A program made the translations under genes and the position numbers. Shown here one piece after another: positions 44,472 to 53,921 of a DNA stretch of 64,000 nucleotides (the stretch's first letter is position 1; the number at the start of each line of letters is the position of its first letter). The stretch is taken from contig CAVPRW010000009.1 of NCBI GenBank assembly GCA_963707985.1, positions 96,001-160,000 on the forward strand, in the 5' to 3' direction. The stretch comes from an uncultured Nitrospinota bacterium. Its GTDB lineage: Bacteria > Tectomicrobia > Entotheonellia > J063 > CAVPRW01. The notes below the pieces were generated by a model. That model was not told the DNA's origin, made no database searches, and saw only the letters and a program-made list of their open reading frames with translations.

Positions 44472-45395
44472 CTAGAGAGCCACTCGTTGCTGCGCCTGAG
44501 TTTTTGCTGCATCCCGCTCGCTGCACGCGTCGGCATAGGCGAGGAGACGGCCGGCCTGGCTAACCGTGGGGAGGTCGATGATGCAGTCCTGGCGTCGCAT
44601 GACGCCTGAGCCATGCTGCGTCCCGGCCTGATAATCGGCTATCAGCTGGCGGGCCTCCCGGATCTCGCTGTGGGTTGGTGTGAAACCACGGTTCAGGGGC
44701 TCGACCTGATGCTCACGTAGGCACAGGGCTCCCTTAAAACCCATGTGACGGCCCCGCACGGCGGCGTCATGAGTGTCGTCCGCATTGGCTACCAAGCCTC
44801 GCGCCGGAGCACGCCACCAGGCGCCTAGAGGTACCACGCCGGCAGCATTGGCGACGGTGATCAGTCGCTGCATCAAGAAAGGCATGAGATGGAGCTCGCC
44901 TGAGGGCTCAGGGCGTAAATCCATCACGAGATCCGCACGCCCTAAGGTCAGGCCCCAGATGCGATGACTGGCCCGAGCGATCTCTATGGCGTTGTTATTC
45001 CCCTTGGCGGTATCAAGCACGGCGACGATCTGCAACGTACCTGGCCGAAAGCCGCGTTTATCCTCCAACTGGGTGAGGAGGCCATCGGCCTCCGCGACCT
45101 CCTGAGATGTTTCCAGACGTGGCATGAGAATGCCGCGAAGCCCAGGCCACACGGCGGCGGAGAGGTCGGCATAGAGCAGCTCTTTATCGACCTGCGCAAA
45201 AACCTCTGCCCCCCCTTGAGCCACGCCACGGATCGCTTCTGGCAAGCCTTCTCGTGCTGCCGGCTTCATGGCCTCCGGGACAAATTCCATCAGATCGAGC
45301 ACGATGACATCAGCTGCGGAGGTGGCCGCTTGTTCGACTTGCCCCACGCCGTCTGACGGCACTAGAAGCCACGATCGCCGGATGCTCCCGTCCAT
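44472..45395 (-). CDS. Divergent CitE-like protein
   Basis: RRSWLLVP, LDLMEFV, FAQVD, LDTAKG, GFKGALC. Confidence 0.82.
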   Translation of the reverse strand: MDGSIRRSWLLVPSDGVGQVEQAATSAADVIVLDLMEFVPEAMKPAAREGLPEAIRGVAQGGAEVFAQVDKELLYADLSAAVWPGLRGILMPRLETSQEVAEADGLLTQLEDKRGFRPGTLQIVAVLDTAKGNNNAIEIARASHRIWGLTLGRADLVMDLRPEPSGELHLMPFLMQRLITVANAAGVVPLGAWWRAPARGLVANADDTHDAAVRGRHMGFKGALCLREHQVEPLNRGFTPTHSEIREARQLIADYQAGTQHGSGVMRRQDCIIDLPTVSQAGRLLAYADACSERDAAKTQAQQRVAL

Positions 45396-45407
45396 CGCTC
45401 TCCCCTC

Positions 45408-46550
45408 TCACAGCTTGTAGATTTTAGCCGCATTGTCGACCAGCACCTGGCGGCGCTCGTCGTCGGGGATCCCCTCAAAACAGCGCGCAATCGCGCCTCG
45501 GCTATCGGGCCAGGTGGACGTCCCCTGGGGGAAGTTGGTGCACCACAGGAGATTGTCAATGCCGATGTACTTGCGGGTTTTCAGGCCGGTCGAGTCAAAC
45601 CACCCGATCAGATAGCATTGTCGTTTGAACAGCTCTGAAGGCAACATATCGTAGCCCTCAGTATACAAGCGCTGACGCTCGAACTGGTGATCGGCCAGCT
45701 CCAGCTCATAGGCACCCCAGGCCAGGGAGGTTTCGGCGAACACGACTTTCAAGCGTGGGAAGCGGAACAAAATACGCGAGTACAAGAAGTTTGCTACCAC
45801 CAGCACTGAGCTTACCGGGCGCGTGATGGCCTCCATGGCGGCGGACAGCTCTGGTGAGAACCCGACGTATGGCGGGAACTGGATGGCGCGCGTCGCCCCC
45901 GCGTGGAAGCAGACGGGCACATCGAGATCCTGACAGATGGCCCAGACGGGATCGTATACCGGTTCATTGATGTGAGGTACATCCCGCAGCATCATGGGGA
46001 CGGCTGGAAAGACGACCCCCCGGTGTCCCTTCGAAACGGCCCGTTTGATTTCGTTCACCGTGGCTTCGATCGGCGCCAGCGGGACGATACACTGGGGAAT
46101 GAAGCGCGGGCTGGCGCTGGCCCATTCTTCGATCAACCAGTCGTTGTATGCCTGTACGCACGCGAGCTCAAGATCCGGGTCGGAAAGGCGGCCGAACGTT
46201 TCACCGGCTCGCCCTGCGACAACGGGATAGAAGACGGAGTAATCCACCCCGTCGACGTTCATTGCCGTCAGACGCTCTCCAGGCACGTAGGTGATCTTCG
46301 GTACTTCCTCCCAGCGTTGCGGCTCACGGGCGCGATCGGGCATGGCGGCTCCGGCGAGCGCCACACCAGGGAGATCGATCTTCTGACCATCCACTACCCA
46401 GTGCTCCGTGCCATCGGTCTGACGCTCGAGGTGGGGAATACGATCGCCCCACTTGACCTTCGACAGCCGTTGGGTCCACACCTCCGGATGTTCCTGCACA
46501 TGATCGTCAGCGCTAATGAATCCAAACTTGAGGTCCATGACGGACGCCAT
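45408..46550 (-). CDS. Amidohydrolase family protein (Amidohydro_2)
   Basis: ISADDHVQE, CVQAYNDW, VCFHAG, FAET, WCTNFP; start may be 46538. Confidence 0.88.
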   Translation of the reverse strand: MASVMDLKFGFISADDHVQEHPEVWTQRLSKVKWGDRIPHLERQTDGTEHWVVDGQKIDLPGVALAGAAMPDRAREPQRWEEVPKITYVPGERLTAMNVDGVDYSVFYPVVAGRAGETFGRLSDPDLELACVQAYNDWLIEEWASASPRFIPQCIVPLAPIEATVNEIKRAVSKGHRGVVFPAVPMMLRDVPHINEPVYDPVWAICQDLDVPVCFHAGATRAIQFPPYVGFSPELSAAMEAITRPVSSVLVVANFLYSRILFRFPRLKVVFAETSLAWGAYELELADHQFERQRLYTEGYDMLPSELFKRQCYLIGWFDSTGLKTRKYIGIDNLLWCTNFPQGTSTWPDSRGAIARCFEGIPDDERRQVLVDNAAKIYKL

Positions 46551-46657
46551 TCCTTTCCCCGTCGACACGAGATCGTGACGCGACGCTCGGCCAAACCGGC
46601 AGCAAGACGAGTGATGAGGCCGGTCACAGCCCTCATCACTCCGCACTTCATTGGAAC

Positions 46658-47824
46658 CTAGGCGAGATTGTAGATACGCATGGCGTTGCCATAGAGCAGT
46701 TGATTGCGCTCTTCCTGGGGAACGCCCTTCAGCGTGCGCTCGACGAACTGCCAGGATTCAGGATAGGTGGATGTCGAGTGCGGATAATCCGATTCCCACA
46801 TGATGTTGTCCATGCCAATGATATGGCGCAGTTCGATCCCGGCGCTTTCATACCAGAAGTCGACATGAATCTGGCGCTTGAAGAGCTCGCTGGGACGTGT
46901 CACGATGCCCTGCGTCCACAGGTGGCGGCGCTCCCATTCATGGTCACAGGCTTCAAGCATGTAGTTCACCCAGCCGATCCCTGTCTCAGCGCACACCCAG
47001 CGCAGGCGTGGGTAGCGATCCAGCACGCCCGAGAAGATGAGATTGGGGATGAACTGTGCCTGATTGGAGAACCCGCCGGCTGGTCCCATGGCTTGTTCTT
47101 GATTGCGTGTGAAGCCCTTCCAGCGTGGAATCGACAGGCGAATGCCGGCGCCGGCATGCCAGTGGATGGGGGCATTGAGATCCTGGCAAGTGGCCCACAG
47201 CGGATCCCAGTAGGAGTCGTTGAAGTGTTTGAGTCCTTTCAGCGTCATGCTTGGTTCTGCTAGCATGACGATGCCGCGATGGCCTTTCTTCACGGCGCGC
47301 TGGGTCTCCTGCACCGCCGCTTCGATGCCGCTTAAGTAGGGGATAATCGCCAGCGGCACGTAGCGGTCGCTCACCTCACGCCACTCTGCCAGCGCATCAT
47401 TGTAGGCCTGTACGCAGGCAAGCTCGAACTCGGCGTCACCCTGGAAGAATGTAGCGCTCTGCACGGGATCGTTGGGAAACAGGACCTCGCCGTCAATCCG
47501 GTCGCTGTCCAGGGCTTTGAGGCGCTCGCTCGGATCGTAGACGATGGCTGGAACCTCATCCCAATGCTGTGGGAAGGTCTTGCGCAGGGGGTCGTTCATC
47601 ACCGTCGGACAATTCACCACGCCACGCTCGCCCACCACCTTGTCGTACACGAACCAGCGCTGCACGGGCTTTTCGAAGGCTACAGCCATGTGCGCCTTGT
47701 CGGTGGTCTCTCTGAGTTCGGGGATTTTATCGCCGAACTTCGCTCTGGACATACGGCTGGTCCAGCTGTCTTTGTGCAACTGGGCGTGCGAGTCACAACT
47801 GATGAGCCCGTATTTAATCTTCAT
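46658..47824 (-). CDS. Amidohydrolase family protein (Amidohydro_2)
   Basis: ISCDSH, CVQAYND, IHWHAG, CAETGIGW, WESDYPH. Confidence 0.9.
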   Translation of the reverse strand: MKIKYGLISCDSHAQLHKDSWTSRMSRAKFGDKIPELRETTDKAHMAVAFEKPVQRWFVYDKVVGERGVVNCPTVMNDPLRKTFPQHWDEVPAIVYDPSERLKALDSDRIDGEVLFPNDPVQSATFFQGDAEFELACVQAYNDALAEWREVSDRYVPLAIIPYLSGIEAAVQETQRAVKKGHRGIVMLAEPSMTLKGLKHFNDSYWDPLWATCQDLNAPIHWHAGAGIRLSIPRWKGFTRNQEQAMGPAGGFSNQAQFIPNLIFSGVLDRYPRLRWVCAETGIGWVNYMLEACDHEWERRHLWTQGIVTRPSELFKRQIHVDFWYESAGIELRHIIGMDNIMWESDYPHSTSTYPESWQFVERTLKGVPQEERNQLLYGNAMRIYNLA

Positions 47825-48130
47825 AGCCTTATGGTCCTCCCCGTCGTGCTTGTGGTTCTCCTGTTGCAGTTACCTGCGTCTGCCTAGGACGCGGCCCCAC
47901 CTGTAGAAGGCAAGCGTGTCACTTCATGCCCATGAGGCCTCGTAAGCGGCACGAATATGCTTCGCAACCGGGCCTCATCTCGGCCCCGATGGTAGCAGGA
48001 ACTGATGTGCTGGACAAGCGGAAATTGCTACTGGTCGCTTTTTCTGATAGTGTGCGGTCTTAGACCGGCAGGGAAGTTTCCTCCAGCCTGAGGCCGATCG
48101 ATGCGACGGCGTGCCGAGGGAGTTATTGCC

Positions 48131-48796
48131 ATGGGACTTCCATCCAGAAAACCACGACGCTCGATGCCCCCTTCGCGGTTATCACAGTCACGACAGGCGC
48201 GGGCACTATCGTCGCCGCAGGTGGGTATGAAGGCTGTGTTAGAGGCTACGGTGAGCGTCCCCTGGGAACGCCCTGTGCACACGGCCCGCCTGGCTTTCCT
48301 CAGACGTGTGGCACAGCCGGGTGAGGTATCGGTCCACCTGGCTTGCGGTACGGATCGCCTCGGATTCATCGATGCAGCGTATGGGCTGACAACTATCCTG
48401 ACCGATGTCGATTCCGCCTCATTGAACATCCTGGCCCAGCAGTTCGCCGAGTTTGCCGCGCGGTGCGGTCCCATCCCCGGCACGCTGCAGTGTCGTCAAC
48501 TCTCGGTGGAAGGGGTGACCTCGGAGGCGGGGTTTGCACCTGGGAGTATCCAGCATCTCACTTTGTTGAATCTCTTCAATGCCAACCTCCACTCTGCCTC
48601 ACACTATTCCCGCCTCATCGACCCTCTGCTGACCGTCATCGCACCATGCGGCAGTCTCTTCTTTACATCGTCTGAAGCCGATGTATTGCTGCGTCGAGCC
48701 CGGGCTCGACAGATGGGACTTAGCAGGCTCGGGGAGATCCAGGGCTATTACGATGAGAATATTGTCCTGTTGCAGGTCCACAGCTCATTAGCCTAG
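48131..48796 (+). CDS. Hypothetical protein
   Basis: Long ORF with protein-like C-terminal two-thirds (VHLACG...LTDVD, weakly methyltransferase-like); start uncertain. Confidence 0.4.
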   Translation: MGLPSRKPRRSMPPSRLSQSRQARALSSPQVGMKAVLEATVSVPWERPVHTARLAFLRRVAQPGEVSVHLACGTDRLGFIDAAYGLTTILTDVDSASLNILAQQFAEFAARCGPIPGTLQCRQLSVEGVTSEAGFAPGSIQHLTLLNLFNANLHSASHYSRLIDPLLTVIAPCGSLFFTSSEADVLLRRARARQMGLSRLGEIQGYYDENIVLLQVHSSLA

Positions 48797-48954
48797 TCGA
48801 CCATGACGGCTTGGCGCTTTCCTTTCGGGGCGCGCATTCCTATAATGGCCGCAAGAAAGATGGGAACGAACGCGGAGTACCACGCAATGTCTGAGCGGCA
48901 AGCCTCAATCCTCAGCGCCCAGCATTCGGACCTTTATGCAAGGGAGGTTTAACC

Positions 48955-50046
48955 ATGACGAAGAAACTGGCCTTTATGGGGGCTGGCGCAGTTGGTAGTT
49001 ATATCGGTGGACATTTTTCCCGCCACGGCGCAGATGTGACGCTCATCGATCCCTGGCCGGACCACATCGAAGCCATCAAACGGGATGGGCTCCACCTGGA
49101 AGGGACCCAGGGCGAATATCTCGTGCACCCCAGAGCCTTACACTTGCATGAGGTGCAGAGTCTCTTCAAAGACCCGGTGGACATCGCTTTCGTCTGCGTG
49201 AAATCCTATGACACTATCTGGGCGACGCAAATGATCAGCCAGTACCTGACTCCAGGTGGATTCATCATCACGCTGCAAAACGGCATCAATGAAGAGCGCA
49301 TCGCCAGCGTTGTGGGCTGGGGCCGTGTCCTCGGCTGTATCGCCAGCAGCATCAGCGTCAATGCCTACAAACCAGGCTATGTGACGCGCACGGTGCAACC
49401 TGGAGGACCGGGATATACGGTGTTTCGCGCTGGCGAGGTGCACGGGCGGATCACGCCACGGCTCGAAGAATTCGTCAAGATGCTGTCGAACATCGACAGC
49501 GCCAAAGCGACCACAAACCTCTGGGGAGAGCGCTGGACCAAGCTCGTGGTCAACTCCATGGGCAATGGCGTATCGGCCATTACCGGCCTGGGAGGTAAGG
49601 GTATGGCGCTCAACCCCGACGTCCGACGGCTGTCGACCCAGCTCGGTGGCGAAGCGGTCGCCGTCGGGCAGGCCCTGGGTTTCAACCTCGAGTCGATTCG
49701 TGGCTCGGAGCCGGATGTATTGAAAGCCGCGGCCCATGGAGATCGGCAAGCCTTCGAGCAGGTCGAAGCCGCGATACTCAAAGGTCTGCCGCGCATGACC
49801 GAGGAGGGACGCCCTTCCACCGGTCAGGATATCGTCAAGGGACGGCGCACGGAGATCGACTTCATTAACGGCTTGGTCGCCGATAAGGGTGACGAGGCGG
49901 GGATCCCAACCCCAACGCACAGGGCGCTGGTCGAAGTGGTCAAGCAGGTGGAGCGCAAAGAGGTCGAACCCGACCCCAGCCTGGTCCATCGCGTCTGGAA
50001 GCTGGCTGGGATGGAGCCGATGCCGGTGGCGCCAGCGGCCTCGTAA
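48955..50046 (+). CDS. Ketopantoate reductase (ApbA/PanE) family protein
   Basis: MGAGAVGSYIGG, CVKSYDT, LQNG, WTKLVVN, STGQD...RRTEIDFING. Confidence 0.9.
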   Translation: MTKKLAFMGAGAVGSYIGGHFSRHGADVTLIDPWPDHIEAIKRDGLHLEGTQGEYLVHPRALHLHEVQSLFKDPVDIAFVCVKSYDTIWATQMISQYLTPGGFIITLQNGINEERIASVVGWGRVLGCIASSISVNAYKPGYVTRTVQPGGPGYTVFRAGEVHGRITPRLEEFVKMLSNIDSAKATTNLWGERWTKLVVNSMGNGVSAITGLGGKGMALNPDVRRLSTQLGGEAVAVGQALGFNLESIRGSEPDVLKAAAHGDRQAFEQVEAAILKGLPRMTEEGRPSTGQDIVKGRRTEIDFINGLVADKGDEAGIPTPTHRALVEVVKQVERKEVEPDPSLVHRVWKLAGMEPMPVAPAAS

Positions 50047-50071
50047 CCGCAGCGTACATGCGCTCTTTTGC

Positions 50072-50168
50072 CTCCCTCTCCCACTGGGAGATGGCCGGGG
50101 TGAGGGGAACCATTCTGCTGGATCGTGCCCTACGGCCCTCACCCTTCCCATCTGCCAGAGGGAAAGGG
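50072..50168. repeat. Inverted pair of REP-like palindromes
   Basis: CCCTCTCCCACTGGGAGATGGCCGGGGTGAGGG and inverted CCCTCACCCTTCCCATCTGCCAGAGGGAAAGGG, intergenic. Confidence 0.7.
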
Positions 50169-50255
50169 CTAAACGTCTGGTCCTTAACCGGACGCCCACC
50201 TGACCAGGAGAGGACAGTTTCCTGTAAATCTCAACTTGATACGGAGGGACGTGCG

Positions 50256-51677
50256 ATGCTTGATTATGTGATTCGAGGTGGGCAGGTGGTGACCCCCTGG
50301 GGGGTGGGCGACTGGGATGTAGCCATTCAGGGCGAGAAGATCGTCGCCGTCGCGGCGCCAGGCACGCTCACGGGCGACATCGGGCGGGTCATCGACGCCA
50401 GTGGCAAGGTGGTCATTCCGGGAGGCATCGAGCCGCATGCCCACATTGCCGCGCCCATCATGGGCTTCCCCGGCATGGAGACCGCCCCACCGGAGCAGGT
50501 CACCCGTGCGGCCCTGTTTGGTGGCACGACCACCCTGGTCGATTTCGCCATCCAGCGGCCCGGCAACGATCTCTTCCAGGCCCTGGAGGAGCGCCACGGA
50601 CGCTGGAAAGGGCAGGCATACGCCGATTACTCGTACCATGTGATGCTGCTCCCCGACATCTCTACCGCGACGGTGGCCCAGGTCAAGACAAGCATCGCCG
50701 AGGGCTTCCCCAGCTTTAAAATTTTCACCACGAATATCCGCCCTTTGAACCGCACTGAACCTCGCATGGTGGGGATGGGGCAGCTGTCGGCAGTCATGGA
50801 ACAGGTGGCGGCGCATAATGGCATCATGGCCATCCACTCTGAAGACGACGACATCGTCCAGCATATGTATAAGAAACTCACCGAGGAAAACCGCACCGAA
50901 TGGCACAACATGCATCATGTCCACAATAATATGTCCGAGGATGTGTCTTTCCGGCGCGTCATCCGCCTGGCGGAGTGGACGGGCGCGGCGGTGTATTTCG
51001 TCCATGTCAGCGCCAGGGAGGGCGTGCGCGCCATCCAGGAAGCACGCGGCAAGGGCCTGCCGGTGTATGGCGAGACCTTGCACAATTATGTGAGCTTCAG
51101 CGCCGACGACTACAAGCAAGACAACGGCATGAAGTATCACACCTATCCATCGTTGAAGTCGAACGAAGATCGCCTGGCCCTCTGGGATGGACTGCTACGG
51201 AACGATCTGCAGACTATGGCCACGGATGAGTATTGCACCACCTTCGCCTTCAAGATTCAAGGTCAGCGGATAGATGACGTGACCGGTGGCCACAACGGAG
51301 CAGAGACCCGCGTCGGCATCACCTATAACGAAGGCGTGGTCAAACGCAGCATGTCGCTCCCACGCTTTGTCGATGTGGTGTCAGCCAATGCGGCGCGATT
51401 ACTGGGGCTGTATCCGCGCAAGGGTGCGATCGCACCGGGGAGTGACGCGGATATCGTGTTCATCGACCCGAGCATCCAGAAGAAACTCAGCATGGCCGAC
51501 TTGCATATCAGCGATTACAGCATTTGGGAAGGCTGGGACATCCGCGGCTGGCCCTCGTTCACCATGCTGCGTGGCAAGATCATGGTGGAAGGAGGCCAGC
51601 TCGTTGGCAAATTGGGGGATGGCCAACTCATTCCGCGCAAAATCGACCCCACCGTGCTGAACCGCCCGGCTTTTTGA
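50256..51677 (+). CDS. Dihydropyrimidinase/hydantoinase-like cyclic amidohydrolase
   Basis: VIPGGIEPHAH, GGTTTLVDF, SFKIF, IHSE, VHVS, KGAIAPGSDADIV. Confidence 0.9.
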   Translation: MLDYVIRGGQVVTPWGVGDWDVAIQGEKIVAVAAPGTLTGDIGRVIDASGKVVIPGGIEPHAHIAAPIMGFPGMETAPPEQVTRAALFGGTTTLVDFAIQRPGNDLFQALEERHGRWKGQAYADYSYHVMLLPDISTATVAQVKTSIAEGFPSFKIFTTNIRPLNRTEPRMVGMGQLSAVMEQVAAHNGIMAIHSEDDDIVQHMYKKLTEENRTEWHNMHHVHNNMSEDVSFRRVIRLAEWTGAAVYFVHVSAREGVRAIQEARGKGLPVYGETLHNYVSFSADDYKQDNGMKYHTYPSLKSNEDRLALWDGLLRNDLQTMATDEYCTTFAFKIQGQRIDDVTGGHNGAETRVGITYNEGVVKRSMSLPRFVDVVSANAARLLGLYPRKGAIAPGSDADIVFIDPSIQKKLSMADLHISDYSIWEGWDIRGWPSFTMLRGKIMVEGGQLVGKLGDGQLIPRKIDPTVLNRPAF

Positions 51678-51686
51678 GGGTTTTCT

Positions 51687-51727
51687 CTGATCCCAACCCT
51701 CTCCTGCTGGGAGAGGGTTGGGATCAG
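51687..51727 (+). terminator. Perfect 18-bp hairpin after the hydantoinase-like gene (terminator or REP-like)
   Basis: CTGATCCCAACCCTCTCC-TGCTG-GGAGAGGGTTGGGATCAG; no U-tract. Confidence 0.55.
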
Positions 51728-51892
51728 GCGATGCTCATGAGGGGCCTTCGAGCCAGACCACAGATAGGGAGATCACGACTTTCATTGAGGAATTGCAAGC
51801 AGGAGGTTTGGGCAAAGCCATGTCGGGGGCAATAGGCGGATGTCTAGAGCGTCCATACGGGCGAAAAGATAAATGTCAATTTTTTGGCTAAA

Positions 51893-52094
51893 CAGGGTTG
51901 GGGCATTTGCCACGGCGTAGCCGACCATCCAGCGCTATGTAGCCATGCACGGGCTCGGCGAAGGCCAGCTTGAGGGGATTGCCAAAGGGGATGTCTTCGC
52001 CAGAAGACTGTCATCCACCAGCTGTTTGGAGTGGCTGCATCACCGAGCTCACGACCCTCTTCTCACACTCGCCTTAGTTTTTGCATCACAACGG
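51893..52094 (+). mobile_element. IS6-family 3' remnant
   Basis: AFATA*PTIQRYVAMHGLGEGQLEGIAKGDV...HQLFGVAA, followed by IS6-like end TTTGCATCACAAC. Confidence 0.6.
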
Positions 52095-52478
52095 TTTAAA
52101 GTGCATTCAGTAACGACATTTCGGCATGAAATTCATGGCGTTCGCCTTGATCAATGTGCGGGAGTTCTGCGATGCCTAAAACTCGCAACCAGTTTATAGA
52201 TAAAAAATAACCACTATTGTTCAAAACCGAACATCGTTTGAACCTATGGGAAATAGGCGTAATTCAGAATTTTCCCCGCCCCAGAAGTCGCCTGCCTGTT
52301 GAATCCTGCGCATCGTTACCAGGCATCCTGGTCCACCTCCATATGTCTCCTGGGATTCTCACCGCATCACATGGTGGGTCGCTCTCTTTTCCGATCCTCT
52401 TCTATTATATGAACTTCCTCGCTGCACTCTATAGTTGTCTATCACCTTAGTATGGATAACACCACCGATCATTCCCGC

Positions 52479-52495
52479 TTGGCATCATTCTTGAG
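52479..52495 (+). promoter_or_regulatory. Possible sigma-54 (-24/-12) promoter of the peptide cluster
   Basis: TTGGCATCATTCTTGAG = GG-N10-GA (consensus GG-N10-GC), ~100 nt upstream of the precursor. Confidence 0.3.
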
Positions 52496-52596
52496 TATAA
52501 GAAAAAGTGGCGACTCGACGTCAGTCCCATCGTGAAAGGTGATTCGTAAGAACCAATGGAAACGCTTTGCTGCGCAATGCAGCCATGGAGACAATG

Positions 52597-52728
52597 ATGG
52601 AAATCAAAGATAAAGTCGAGAACGAGGTGCAAGAGCCACAGCAGGAAGAAACGACTCAGAAGCGCGCTATGAAGATCCGACTGAAGACAGGCATCATGGC
52701 AGGTCGGATTATGGCCGTTCACCTGTAA
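52597..52728 (+). CDS. Putative RiPP precursor peptide (43 aa; alternative in-frame starts 52585 and 52594)
   Basis: Manual translation MEIKDKVENEVQEPQQEETTQKRAMKIRLKTGIMAGRIMAVHL; GGAG 6 nt before ATG; first gene of the cluster, followed by a hairpin. Confidence 0.8.
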   Translation: MEIKDKVENEVQEPQQEETTQKRAMKIRLKTGIMAGRIMAVHL

Positions 52729-52750
52729 GCCTTTTCAGGCTAGGTGATCT

Positions 52751-52785
52751 GTTCCGGAGGGCTGCACCTCGCAGCGCTCCGGAAC
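52751..52785 (+). terminator. Stem-loop after the precursor gene
   Basis: GTTCCGGAG-G-GCTGC-ACCTC-GCAGC-G-CTCCGGAAC, then TCTT. Confidence 0.65.
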
Positions 52786-52918
52786 TCTTGATACATCGTG
52801 TCCGGTGATCGCTTCGTTCGTCTCAAAGAGACTCTCGGGCCCTGCGGTGGCCAGCTTCAGAGCCATGCGTTTCCCGTCGGGGCACACTTAAAGGGTCAAG
52901 GTAGAAGGAAACCCAGTC

Positions 52919-53908
52919 GTGCTAACTTCATCCGCTTTTCAGCCACGCTTAGCTTGCACAATCACGCTTAAAGCCCAGGAGATCTGCCTTGCACGTGAAG
53001 GCTTGGAGTTTGCCCTCGAACCCGACGGCTCATCGCCCGAAGAGCTCAAGGCCTTCCTCTCGTGCCTGGATGGCTCGCGAACGGTGAACGACATCCAAGG
53101 GGATTTCGATACCGCTCAGCGCCAAAGGTTCGGAACGCTCTTGGAAGATCTCGACCGGTTGCGACTTCTCGATGATGCCAGCACGATCAAAGTGCGCACG
53201 GGTTCTCAGGCATTGCTCGAGCTTGAGGACCTTGTGAACGAGGTCATGGAGAAGACCCTCAACCGCAATATCTTCTGGACCAACATCTTGGGTGAACCAG
53301 GCAAGTGCCCGAAAGGTCCATTTTATGGCCTTGCAATCGAGAACTACCACTTTCTGTTTCGGGAAAGCCTCTTTGACTCCCCGGTATTACCCTTTGTTCC
53401 AAGCGCCCAAGTGCGGCATTTAATGAACGACTTTTACGGTGATGAGTATGGGCATGACGAGATCATCGTGCAATCCATGTTTGCTCTCGGCATCAGTCGC
53501 GCCGACATTCAAGACATGATGCCGTTGGCCGAGACTCTGGCGCTTTGCAATGCGCTGTCGTATTGGGCCGCTAACGACCCGGTCTTTTTCTTTGCGACGC
53601 TGGGCGTGCTGGAAGGCCTAGATTCGGAAGTCGATCTTTTTATCGAAGCGTGTGAGAAAAATCGGCTTCCACCTGAGTTCATCAAGCCGATGCGGCAACA
53701 CTCGGATATCAATCGCAAGGCCGAGCACGGGAACCTGACGCGTCTCATCTTCGCAGAAATTCCTTTTGTCGATAGTGAAACCGAGGCGCGCATGCGTCGG
53801 CAGATGCGCCTGTTTATCGAGATGTACGACGATTTTTACACCGCGATCTGGAATTTCTATGCCCCCAGATCCGAGGCGGACCTCGTCCGCCGGATGTCCA
53901 CCCTCTAG
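52919..53908 (+). CDS. RRE-like domain + heme-oxygenase-like di-iron oxidase (PqqC/TenA/CADD fold) no. 1
   Basis: N-terminal FLSCLDGSRTVNDI...LEDLDRLRLLD; ligand pattern ENYH, DEYGHD, LEG, HSDINRKAEH. Confidence 0.8.
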   Translation: MLTSSAFQPRLACTITLKAQEICLAREGLEFALEPDGSSPEELKAFLSCLDGSRTVNDIQGDFDTAQRQRFGTLLEDLDRLRLLDDASTIKVRTGSQALLELEDLVNEVMEKTLNRNIFWTNILGEPGKCPKGPFYGLAIENYHFLFRESLFDSPVLPFVPSAQVRHLMNDFYGDEYGHDEIIVQSMFALGISRADIQDMMPLAETLALCNALSYWAANDPVFFFATLGVLEGLDSEVDLFIEACEKNRLPPEFIKPMRQHSDINRKAEHGNLTRLIFAEIPFVDSETEARMRRQMRLFIEMYDDFYTAIWNFYAPRSEADLVRRMSTL

Positions 53909-53921
53909 CCGCGAGGTTACC

